NCBI RefSeq assembly: GCF_006345805.1
Contig: NC_043003.1
Coordinates: 105,276,001-105,340,000, forward strand
Direction of reading: 5' to 3'
From: Octopus sinensis
Lineage: Eukaryota
DNA: 64,000 bases
In this document: positions 37,608 through 49,019 of the stretch, piece after piece
Position numbering within the stretch: the first letter of the stretch is position 1
Layout of the letters: the number at the start of each line of letters is the position of its first letter
Translations under genes and position numbers: made by a program
The notes under the pieces: generated by a model
The model's database searches: none
What the model saw: only the letters and a program-made list of their open reading frames with translations
What the model was told of the DNA's origin: nothing

Positions 37608-38110
37608 TCTATATATATAAAACTCTAGTTGTGTGAGTGTCTCCCCTTCGATTTAGATTCCTAACTCCTCCCACATTTTGCGGTGCAGTTTAACCAAATT
37701 CGGGTATCTTATAGTCGTGATTCATATCGAGCCCGTCTGACTATTAGCGCGCGTCAACGATGAGTCTACGATTTAAAAAATAATTTAACATCATTTTTTA
37801 TTCCATTTTAATGCATAAAATGCATCGTGTGTCGATGGCGGCGGAGTTGGCGTCCACGCTCACAGCTGCGCCTGTTGCTTCTCCCCCTTCCCTCCCTCGT
37901 GAAGCTGTGGGGAAGGGAGTGTAAAGAAATCAACGTCGTAATGCGTTGTGAAGGAAACCAGCGTTCTTTTAGAACAACGACTTCATGGCTTGAAGACACC
38001 AAAACAAAAATGGCTAAGAAAGCCCGAATTTATAAGGGAAGTAACTCTCTAAAAATGCTTATATAGTTATTTCCCTTACAAACCCGAGCAACGCCGGGCG
38101 ATACTGCTAG
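37608..38110 (+). mobile_element. Non-autonomous Helitron
   Basis: A|TC 5' start (tctatatatataaa), subterminal hairpin cccgagcaacgccggg (38083-98), CTAG|T 3' end. Confidence 0.75.
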
Positions 38111-38501
38111 TATATATATAAAGCTGAAGTTGTCTGTGTGTGGCAGGTTTGGTAGCCTTCAAGTAACACTATCTCTTCCGAGACCCTGCAGCACAAGTTG
38201 ACCAAAATTGAGAGTATGATAGAAGAAGGCTTGCTCTTCATTCCATAGAAGAAAAAATTCAAATCAGACTATGTTAACACCAAAAATTATTTATAACAAA
38301 AAGGTGCTTTTTTTTCTATGAAAATCCCTTTTCTTAACGATTTTTTGACTGCTGTGTCACCATTTTTTGTTGTATTTCAACCAGAAAAATGTTCACTTAA
38401 AGAGAATAACAAGCTACATAATGCAGAATTATTTTACTTTTCAAAAATTCCAATTCTAAAGGGTCGAAACAAACCCGAGCAATGCCGGGCGATACTGCTA
38501 G
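38111..38501 (+). mobile_element. Second non-autonomous Helitron in tandem
   Basis: tatatatataaagctgaag start; near-identical 3' end cccgagcaatgccgggcgatactgCTAG|T. Confidence 0.7.
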
Positions 38502-39558
38502 TATATATATATATTTATACACTGAGGCAATGACTAGTGACCGGGACCTTTGGAGATATGCTGTGCTTGAGAAGACCTGACAAGCCAAGTGAGACCATAG
38601 CCCATGACCTATGCCAGTGGGTGTAACCAGCCCACTTATGAGTACCCCTCATTCATTGGACAATAAACCTTGCTTGCAAAGACCTATTGAGGCAAGTGAA
38701 ATCAAAATCAAAATTGCTGACGTGGCCAATGACAGTACCGCCTGATTGGCACTTGTACCAATGGAACGTTAAAAGCATATCCGAGCGTGATCTTTGCCAG
38801 GGCCACGGATTGGCTCCTGTGCCAGTGACACATGAAAACCACCATTCGAGCATGATCATTGCCAGCGTCACTTTACCAGCACATGTGCTGGTGGCACATG
38901 AAAAACAACATTCGAGTATGGTTGTTGCCAGTGCCACTGGACTGGCTCCAGTGCAAGTAGCACATAAAAAACACCTTTTGAGCGTGGTCATTGCCAGAAC
39001 CACCTGAATGGCCCTTGTGCCGGTGGCACGTAAAAGCACGCACTACACTCTCAGAGTGGTTGGCGTTAGGAAGGGCATCCAGCTGTAGAAACTTTGCCAG
39101 ATCAGATTGAGCCTGGTGCAGCCTCTGGCTCACCAGTCCTCAGTCAAACTGTCCAATCCATGCCAGCATGGAAAACGGACGTAAAACAATGATGATGATA
39201 ATGATGATGATATACACACATACATACACACACACATACATACATATATATAAGCAAAAATGCTTGTCCTAAAATCTCTCTGAGAGATTAATGCTGTAGT
39301 TGTACTGACAAGTAATATTCGTAGTCACTTCAACATGGCTGTCTGTCCGAGCGAACTCTACTGCCATTGATATTAACCCCAAAAGGACATCTCCTCTAGA
39401 TAGTTAACGATGCAGAGCTGCATCCAATAAAATTGGAAGCAAAGGTGCGAACCCCTACCATCTCCCATATTATTGACATCATAAGAATTAAGAAACTTTG
39501 AGAATGTGAAATCATTCTTTTTTCTATTCTTTATTTTCAAACATGGGACTTGAGTGAT

Positions 39559-39668
39559 GCCTGACTGGTCCCATGCCATGCAAGTTCCGCCTGACTGGTC
39601 CCGTGCCATGCCAGTGCTGCCTGACTGGTCCCGTGCGATGCCAATGCCGCCTGACTGGTCCCGTGCTA
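39559..39668. repeat. 30-bp tandem repeat, about 4 units, derived from RTE 3' UTR sequence
   Basis: gcctgactggtccc recurs at 30-bp spacing. Confidence 0.8.
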
Positions 39669-40152
39669 GTGATATGTAAAAAGCACCATCCGAACATGGT
39701 CAATGCCAGTACCACCTGACTGGCCCTTGTAAAAAGCACCCACTAGACTCTGTAGAAACATTGCCAGATCGGAGCTGGTGCAGCCTTCTGACTTGCCAGC
39801 CTTCAGTCAAACCGTCCAACTCATGCCAGCATGGAAAGCAGACGTTAAAAGACGACGATGATGATGATGAACTACATTGGCTGATAATTATTTAATTGTT
39901 ATTGTTCTTAATGAGCTGGTAGAAACAATTTAACAGTGGATTAATTACTTAGACTATGTAATTTCGTATGTTGTGTACCAAGTCAATCCAATTATAATTC
40001 CTTTTTCAAATGTGTGGCCTTGTGTTATTGTGAAAACTAAAGTAACAATACAAAACTTTTAGTATCATTCTTCTATGCTCTAAAGTCAGATCCTGTTGCA
40101 GTTAACTTCTTTCAGCCCTTAGGGGTTGAGTGACTGAGCAAAAACTCTATGT

Positions 40153-40333
40153 CAGTGCTTCTCAACTTTTTTTATATCTGGGCCAGAACTAAAATCTGAA
40201 CATTTTAAGGGGCCTGCCCCCAAAAAAGTAAAATGTAAATCCATCATATTTAAAGAAGGAAGATCATTGAGGGTTGCTGAAAGGATGCTTGAGGGCTACT
40301 TGCATCCCTAGGATTCACGGTTGAGAACAGCTG
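40153..40333. mobile_element. hAT-type MITE with 8-bp TSD ctctatgt
   Basis: TIRs CAGTGCTTCTCAAC / GTTGAGAACAGCTG; TSD at 40145-52 and 40334-41. Confidence 0.85.
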
Positions 40334-41235
40334 CTCTATGTGATCTTTTGACCAGTTAGAAATAGCAGTCAAATCACGCTCAAATCAGACTTAGCATTTA
40401 TTATAAGAACAGGACAGACTGGATAATGTAATGTTATATAGTTAATAAAACATGATGGTCGTGGTTGGAATACATTTGGTCATCATTCTACTTGACCTGT
40501 AGCTAAACAACTACCCATAGCAGTCAAACAGATTATACTGGGAGTTGATTCAATCTAAGAAATTAACCATTTGTTTTACCAAAATAGATTTCATTAGAAA
40601 TGGTTTATTGGATTTAGATTAGATGCAGATGTATGGTTAAAGAAGCTTGATTCATAACTATGTGGTCTCCAGTTCAATTCCATTGCCTGGCACCTTAGCC
40701 AGGTGTCTTTTACTATTATAACTCCAGGCTGATCAAAGCCTTGTGTGTGGATTTGGTAGACAGCATATACAGAAGCTTGTCTTATATATGCTTGTTACTT
40801 CTTTATTGCCCACAAGGGGCTACACATAGAGGAGACAAACAAGGACAGACAAAGGTATTAAGTCGATTATATCGACCCCAGTGCGTAACTGGTACTTATT
40901 TAATTGACCCTGAAAGGATGAAAGGCGAAGTCGACCTCGGTGGAATTTGAACTCTGAACATAGCGGCAGACGAAATACCGCTAAGCATTTTGCCCAGTGT
41001 GCTAACGTTTCTGCCAGCTCGCCGCCTTAATATATATGTTGTCTTATATGTGTGTGTGTGTTTGTTCCCCCACACTGCTTGACATTTGGTGTAGGTTTCT
41101 TTATGTCCCCTAACTTAGTGGTTCTGCAAAAGTGACCAGTACAATATGTACTGGGGCTGGTCCAACACAGCAGAAGTCCAGTGGCTTAAACAAGTAAAGG
41201 AAGATAAATGGAGGTGAAGAGCATGGAATAAAAAA

Positions 41236-41661
41236 GGAAAGATTTCCTTTTGTACCACCCATCCACAATAATTTTTTTTTTAAATATTACACATGATGGA
41301 AAATTGATTTCCAACCATGTCTTATAATAATAAAGATGAGAAAATCATAAAATTTCAAAATTTCTATTACAAAAATTTCATTTCTGTATTATGTATATTC
41401 ATGTCCCAATTTGCCTAACGTTTAAGGCCTAAATTGCCTAACTCAATGAAATTTGTCTAATCTTGAGACATGAATATATATAATACAGATATTAAGTTTT
41501 TTTAAACAGAAATTCTTAATTTTTATGACTTTCTCATCATTATATATGACTTTTTATGACTTTCTCATCAACTATATAAGACATGGTAGGAAATCAATTT
41601 TCCACCATGTCTAATATTTAAAAAAATTATTTTATGGGTGGGCACAAAAGGAAGGCTTTCC
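41236..41661. mobile_element. Fold-back MITE with ~130-bp imperfect terminal inverted repeats
   Basis: ggaaagatttccttttgtaccacccat...catgatggaaaattgatttcc is mirrored by ggaaatcaattttccaccatg...atgggtgggcacaaaaggaaggctttcc. Confidence 0.65.
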
Positions 41662-42263
41662 ACCAAAAAATTGAATTAAATTAAACTCAAACTTTGACTT
41701 TTTCTTTTTTCCAGACTTGTAATCTCCGTTTCTCTTTTTTTTTTTAGACATCCAAATTGGAAGGCAAGAATTTTAAAAAGCTTAACTAAAATTATTTAAA
41801 AGCAATCAGATGTAAAGAGTTCTAAAATAAAGTATATTTGTGTTATGGTCAATAAACAACAACTATAAAACTGGTTTCAAATTTTGGCACAGGGGGGGGG
41901 GGGTCGCTTACACCGAAATCAATGCTCAGCTGGAAATTATCTTATCGACCCCTGAAAGATGAAAAAGCAGAGTCGACCTCGGCGACATTTGAACTCAGAA
42001 CGTTAAGTCGGGAGAAATGCTGAGTACAGGATGGTGCTGATCGATCAGCAAGAGCAATCCAACTATGACCATACAGACATATCCATTGGTACACAGTGTA
42101 CGTAGTTCCACATTATGTGGCGCATTCTGCTCTTTCGGATTTGGCTGCTATTTCTAGCCGTACTGTACGGAGGCAGCATTGCAGACAACTGTTTCCACGC
42201 TACACAACCAAAACATATCTGAGTCAATATTATGGTGATACTTATAAGATCAGCTGAACTTAC

Positions 42264-42363
42264 CTTGTTCTTCCTGCAAACATTAAATTTCACCATAGCT
42301 CCTCGCCACACCCAATCGATGTTGTCATTAAATTCAACTAAACCACTTAACACACTATTTATA
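42264..42363 (-). promoter_or_regulatory. Candidate TATA box plus short non-coding first exon (possibly of IPMK)
   Basis: Minus-strand TATAAATA at 42363-42356 and a perfect AAG|GTAAGT donor at 42264/42263, in a CpG-retaining non-repeat stretch. Confidence 0.3.
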
Positions 42364-44712
42364 TGTCATCGTTTTCAAAGACAGATATAAATACAAATAA
42401 ACAGCGGTCTATTCTCCATAAATACCACCTGGTTTTCCACAATTAATTATTATATATATTAGATAGGAATTTATTTTTCATTTTGAAGCTGGATACTTAA
42501 ATATTTTAGCTTTTAACGTAAATTTATTTTCAACAGTGAGATAAAACACGCTGGAAATACGAATCTACTGTTAAATTGTTGCTAACTCCGTATGCTCCAA
42601 TCGTGATGGAGTTTCTGGTGCGGCGGAAGAAGCATGTTTCCTCCCAATTTCTTTCAGAATTAATTCACTTCTGCATCATATTTATAAATACGTGTACTGG
42701 CACTGGGTATTCTTCCGTCTTTTAATGTTTAGTCGTAAGAAAATGCTTATGCTGTGTAATTAATTGGTAAACTCATTCTTTCTACTATAGACACGAGGCC
42801 TGAACTTTGGTGGCGGAGAACCTGGTCGAAATACATCGACCCCCACTCCAACAGGCGTGCTAACGATTTTTTTCTACTCTAGGCACAAGGCTCGAAATTT
42901 TGGGGGGAGGGGCCAGTCGATTAGATCTATTTCTAGTCTTTCTCATTCGCAAAATCTGCCCCCTCTTAATTTTGTTCAGATTACTTTCCTTTTTGGTGTA
43001 TCGATGCAACTCTGGATTTGTGGATCTAGTAAACTAGATCCGCCGTTTATTCCAACCCACCCGCTTATATGAATTTAAGCAAATGTCTCACCCACCTACT
43101 TATTTCAACCCCCACCAATTATTTGGGACCCGAGAGTAGGTAACAAAGAAGAAAAAAAACATTTTGATTCACCTGTCCGCAGTTTTGAAGATAATCAAAC
43201 CAAAATAACGAGTTCGAGCCACTCACTAAATATGTATTTCTGCTAAATTCGGTAAAAAATCCGTTCTGCCGTTTTCTAGTTATTTTGCAAACACAAACAG
43301 ACGAGCGACTATGATACCCTGCTTTCGCTTACGCGCGCAAGACAATTAAATGGGTTCCAGAACAAGAGGATTGGCATCGAATAGTTTATGGATAGTTCTG
43401 TGCTTACGTGGTTGCCTGCCAATCCCCTTCTCCCTCAGAATTGCCGAGTATAACCGCGAGAATTACATAACAGTTTGATAGATAACATTAATACGTAGCT
43501 CAAATTTAATAAGTGACACATTAAAATGATGAATAATAAAGAACGATTTTAAGATACAAATCGGATCTTAATGCAATTATCATAGCCAGACAAATATTTT
43601 ATGAGTCGATGAGAAGGAATCTGTGACTATTAAGACTCTTTTACTTGTTTCAGTCATTTGATTGTGGCCATGCTGGAGCACCACCTTTAGTCGAGCAAAT
43701 CGTCCCCAGGACTTACTCTTTGTAAGCTTAGTACTTATTCTATCGGTGTCTTTTGCCGAACCGCTAAGTTACAGGGACGTAAACACACCAGCATCGGTTG
43801 TCAAGCGATGTTGGGGGACAAACATATACACACACACACATATATATATATATATACATGTATACGACGGGCTTCTTTCAGTTTCTGTCTACCAAATCCA
43901 CTCACAAGACTTTGGTCGGCAGAGGGACTGAACCCAGAACCATGTAGTTGATAAGCAAGCTGCTTACCACACAGACACTCCTAACTGATTTAATTGATTT
44001 AATAATATATTTTATAAGCGCCATACTTTATAATTTTTATAAGCGTTCGGGGATTTCTGTATGCTATGTGATTCGGTGTGGTCCCCTTGGAGGTCGAAAT
44101 TTTGTACATACTCGACAACTTTATCTTCGTTATTTCAAAATGTAAGCGAAGAAATTTATGAATGATGCATTTGTTCCGATACCAGTTATATATATATATA
44201 TATACCAGTTATATATATATATATATACCAGTTATATATATATATACTGCAGGAGTGGCTGTGTGGTAAGTAGCTTGCTAACCAACCACATGGTTCCAGG
44301 TTCAGTCCCACTGACCAATGCCTTGTGAGTGGATTTGTGAATGCCCCGGGCCGACCAATGCCTTGTGAGTGGATTTGGTTGACGGAAACTGAAAGAAGCC
44401 TGTCGTATATATGTATATATATGTATGTATGTGTGTTTGTTCCCCTAGCATTGCTTGACAACCGATGCTGGTGTGTTTACGTCCCCGTCACTTAGCGGTT
44501 CGGCAAAAGAGACCAATAGAATAAGTACTTGGCTTACAAAGAATAAGTCCCGGGGTCAATTTGCTCGACTAAAAGGCGGTGCTCCAGCATGGCCGCAGAG
44601 AAATGACTGAAACAAGTAAAAGAGTATATATATATATATAATCAGAAAAGGCTAGGCTACTGGTTTTAAATTGATATTAATTAAATTAATATTCAATTTA
44701 TCTCCCTCATTA

Positions 44713-47700
44713 TTTAAATATATGGTACATGACACGGCTGTCCCTCATCCCAGGGTCTCAGAAGCCCACACCTCCCACACCCTCAGAGTTGGCACATTGA
44801 AAGGTAGGTCTGGAGAGATTGTAGAGCTGCTTGAACGGAAACGTGTGGATGTATGCTGCATCCAGGAAGTAAGGTGGAGAGGAGGTTCCGCTAGGCTCCT
44901 CACAGGCAAGGAACACAGGTACAAGATTTTCTGGGCAGGGAACACTGACGGGGTCGGGGGGGGGGGGGTATACTTCTTGCGGAGAAATGGGTAGATAAGG
45001 TAATCGAGGTAGTCAGAGTAAGTGACAGAGTAATTAAAATTAGATTAGTCCTTCACCATAGGACAGCTACCATCATCTCGGCATATGCCCCTCAACCAGG
45101 GCTACTGGAAGGACAAAAAGACCAATTCTATGACACCCTATTGCGGACTACCTCGTTGACAAATGACAGTGACCTTCTCTTCGTGGCAGGTGATTTCAAT
45201 GGACATGTTGGACAGCATGTCGGTGGCTTCCATGGCGTCCATGGAGGCTACGGTTTTGGCTCTCGTAATGAGGAGGGAACCAGGCTGCTGGAGTTCTGCG
45301 ATGCAAATGACCTTATGGTCTGCAATACCAACTTCAGGAAACCCACCTCTCACCTAGTCACCTACCGTTCTGGCAGACACACCAGCCAGATTGACTACAT
45401 CCTTGCCAGAAAAAGGGAAAGAGGGCTGATCATAAATGCCAAAACCTTTCCAGGTGAAGAATGTACTCCTCAACATAGATTAGTAGTTAGCGACTTCAGG
45501 ATCAGAGCTAAATGGTTGCCCAGAAGAAGACCAGCTTGGAGGAGAAGGGTCTGGAAGCTTAAAGATCCTGCAAATGGACAGAGATTTAGAGACATACTAC
45601 TCGAAGCCTTTGATGAAATAGAAGGGGATATAGCTTCACTTAATGTGGAAGACAACTGGAGATTTCTACGGGACAATCTGCTGACAGCCACTGACCAGAT
45701 CTGTGGATGGAGCAAAGTACCATCTCGACCAGAGTAACGTGGTGGTGGAACAATGTGGTTGACAGGGCTATTAGACAAAAGAAACAGGACTGGAAGAACG
45801 GTGGTAGCAGGGAATTGTATCAGACAGCCAGAAGGGAAGCTAGGAGGCAGGTTTATTTAGCCAGAGGGGAAGCGGATAAGAAAAAATTTGCCAATGTTCT
45901 GAGCCGTGAAGATGAAAGACTTGAGGTATTTCGTGTTGCAAGACAGTGTGTGAGAGAGAATCGTGATGTGGTAGGAGAGAAATGTGTCCGCATGGATGAT
46001 GGTTCACTTGCGCTAAATGAGGATGCAAAGAGAGAGGTTTGGAGATGCCACTATGAAAGGTTGCTGAATAAAGAAAATGAATGGGATAAAGAGAGTCTGC
46101 CAAATGTTGAGCCAACAGAAGGACCAGCTATCCGAGTTGATAGTTCCGTGGTAGCTAAGGCAATTAGAAGCATGAAGACAGGGAAAGCCCCAGGCCCATC
46201 AGGAATTACTGCAGAGATGCTCAAAATATCTGGCAGTGTCGGCTATAACCTAGTCACCCGTATAGTTAACCAGGTGGTACACGAAGGAGTCATACCAAAT
46301 GACTGGTGTAGCAGCATACTAGTCAACTGCTACAAAGGTAAAGGTGATGCCCTAGATACAAATAACTACAGGGGTATCAAGCTGTTGGATCAGGTAATGA
46401 AGGTTACGGAGAGGGTCATAGCCCAACTAATTAGAGAGAGAGTTAGTTTAGATGAGATGCAGTTTGGGTTCGTGCCAGGGAAAAGCACCACTGATGCTAT
46501 GTTCCTGGTAAGGCAGCTGCAGGAGAAATACCTAGCCAAAGATAAGCCCCTGTACCTGGCTTTCGTTGACATGGAGAAAGCCTTTGATAGGGTCCCCCGA
46601 TCCCTCATCTGGTGGTCAATGAGGAAACTAGGAATAGATGAATGGCTGGTGAGGGCTGTGCAAGCCATGTACAGAGATGCCGTAAGTAAGGTTAGGGTTG
46701 GCAACATGTACACAGAAGAATTCAAAGTAGAGGTTGGGGTCCACCAGGGTTCAGTACTCAGCCCCCGCCTATTTATCATAGTCCTCCAGGCAATTGTGGA
46801 GGAATTCAAGACAGGTTGCCCCTGGGAGTTCCTCTATGCTGACGACCTTGCTCTAATTGCTGAGTCACTATCAGAACTGGAGGAGAAGTTCCAGGTGTGG
46901 AAGGAGGGTTTAGAATCGAGGGGCCTTAGAGTCAACCTAGCTAAAACCAAAGTACTAATAAGTAGAAAGGTAGACAATCCACAAATGTCTTCAGGAAGAT
47001 GGCCCTGCTCGATCTGTAGAAAAGGTGTAGGTAGAAACTCTATAAGATGTACCCAGTGTAAGCTATGGACACATAAGAGGTGCAGCAATGTCAAAGGTAG
47101 GCTAACTGGGAAGATAGTTTTTGTATGTGGCAGATGCTCGGGAGCATTGACCTCCGAAAATCTGCAGAAAACAACTTCCGTCACTTTCCAGGGGGAAAAA
47201 CTAGAAGTAGTTGATAGCTTCTGTTATCTAGGTGACCAAGTCAGTAGTGGGGGTGGGTGCACTGAAAGTGTAACTGCTAGAATAAGAATAGCCTGGGCAA
47301 AGTTTAGGGAGCTCTTACCTCTGCTGGTGACTAAAGGCCTCTCGCTCAGAGTAAAAGGTAGACTGTATGATGCATGTGTACGAACTGCCATGCTACATGG
47401 CAGTGAAACATGGGCCGTGACTGCTGAGGACATGCGTAAGCTTGTGAGGAATGAAGCCAGTATGCTCCGAAGGATGTGTAATGTCAGTGTACTTACTCAA
47501 CAGAGCGTTAGTACCTTGAGAGAAATGTTGTACCTAAGAAGCATCAGTTGTGGTGTGCAAGAGAGACGATTGCGCTGGTATGGTCATGTGGCGAGAATGG
47601 ATGAAGATAGGTGTGTGAGAAAGTGCCAATCCCTAGCAGTTGAGGGAATCCGTGGAAGAGGTAGACCCAGAAAAACCTGGGACGAGGTGGTGAAGCACGG

Positions 47701-48246
47701 CCTTCGAACTTTAGGCCTCACTGAGGAAATGACCAGCGACCGAGACCTTTGGAAATATGCTGTACGTGAGAAGACCAGGCAGGACAAGTGAGTCCATCAC
47801 ATGTCCCTTGCCAGGGATGTAGCCAGCCCACTTATGCATGCCTTTCCTTCCTTGGACACGTGAAGACCTGTTGAGGCAAGCGAAGTCGATATAGAACCTC
47901 ATCTGACAACAGGCACCCATGCCAACCCCCTTTGCTTGCGAAGACATGTTGGAGCAAGCGAAATCGAATCGAATTGAACCAGCCAGGATCCCTGGTCTGG
48001 TGGTACGTAAAATACACCAATCCGACCGTGGCCGTTGCCAGCCTCGCCTGGCACCTGTGCAGGTGGCACATAAAAAGCACCCACTACACTCACGGAGTGG
48101 TTGGCGTTAGGAAGGACATCCAGCTGTAGAAACATTGCCAGATAAGACTGGAGCCTGGTGCAGCCTTCTGGCTTCCCGGATCCCCGGTCGAACCGTCCAA
48201 CCCATGCTAGCATGGAGAACGGACGTTAAACGATGATGATGATGAT
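44713..48246 (+). mobile_element. Near-full RTE-clade LINE: APE endonuclease, reverse transcriptase, PHD-type finger, 3' UTR and (GAT)n tail
   Basis: IQEVRW, SAYAPQ, AGDFNGHVG, SQIDYIL and QHRLV APE motifs; RT motifs NYRGIKLL, FVDMEKAFDRV, GVHQGSVLSP, LYADD; stop at 47791. Frameshifts at the G13 run (44956-68) and at 45729-30. The 5' boundary is approximate. Confidence 0.95.
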
Positions 48247-48724
48247 ATATACACGCACACACACACACACATTGTTTTATAGTAGGTAAATGTTCTGATA
48301 CTCTATGAGTTCCTTCTCCCTGTCCTATAAGCTTTAGTCTGCAAATTTAGCTGCTATAATCTTGTCTGAAGTATGTTCTTACTGAACCAAATGGTTTTAC
48401 TTCAAAGAAATCTTGATTTGTGACTCTGCCACTTAAATTGTCTATCTATTTTGCCCTATCCATAAAGGATACACTCTGGTTTCTCTTAGATTTGATAAAC
48501 CACCCTATAAATTAATACTGAACACCCCATCACCACCACCACCACTAGTAAATCTAAATAAAAGAAATAATCAGTGATAAGCGGTGTCTCTTTTGAAACA
48601 ATCTCAGTTACAAGTGTGATGCTGTTGATAAAACATGTTCCTTGTCTATCTCCTTATTCGCTTGGTGATTTTGGATAAAATTATACAAATGAGTCCTTCG
48701 AATTTAACTAAATTCTATATTTTT

Positions 48725-48813
48725 ATGCAGCTGAAGATTGCGCTACATTTTAAATTGATGTAATGATTGCATTGTTCAATTAAATGGAGTCGCATGAAAC
48801 GATCGTACTGCAT
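48725..48813 (+). ncRNA. Type I hammerhead ribozyme motif with palindromic stem III
   Basis: atgcag (48725-30), CTGAAGA, long stem II (tgcg/cgca, cattt/aaatg, aattga/tcaatt), GAAA (48796-99), ACGATCGT palindrome, GTA cleavage triplet, ctgcat (48808-13). Confidence 0.82.
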
Positions 48814-49019
48814 TACCTCTGGATATCCTTGTTGCTTATTTTGATTATATATATATGTGTGCGTGTGTGTGTGTGTGTGTGCATATATATGGGTACAGGA
48901 CGTCACCAACAGTGTAAATAACACGAAATACATAAACAACGAGAAAAAAATGGAAAACAGGACAAGTAAACATTGAGAAAGGACCCTTCATCAGTTGTCG
49001 GTTGTCTATCTACTCCTCA

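Noticed and set aside
44700-44725. HDV-like ribozyme or TSD at the RTE 5' end
   Set aside because: No nested double-pseudoknot pattern seen, the element looks 5'-truncated, and only an ambiguous atat match flanks it.
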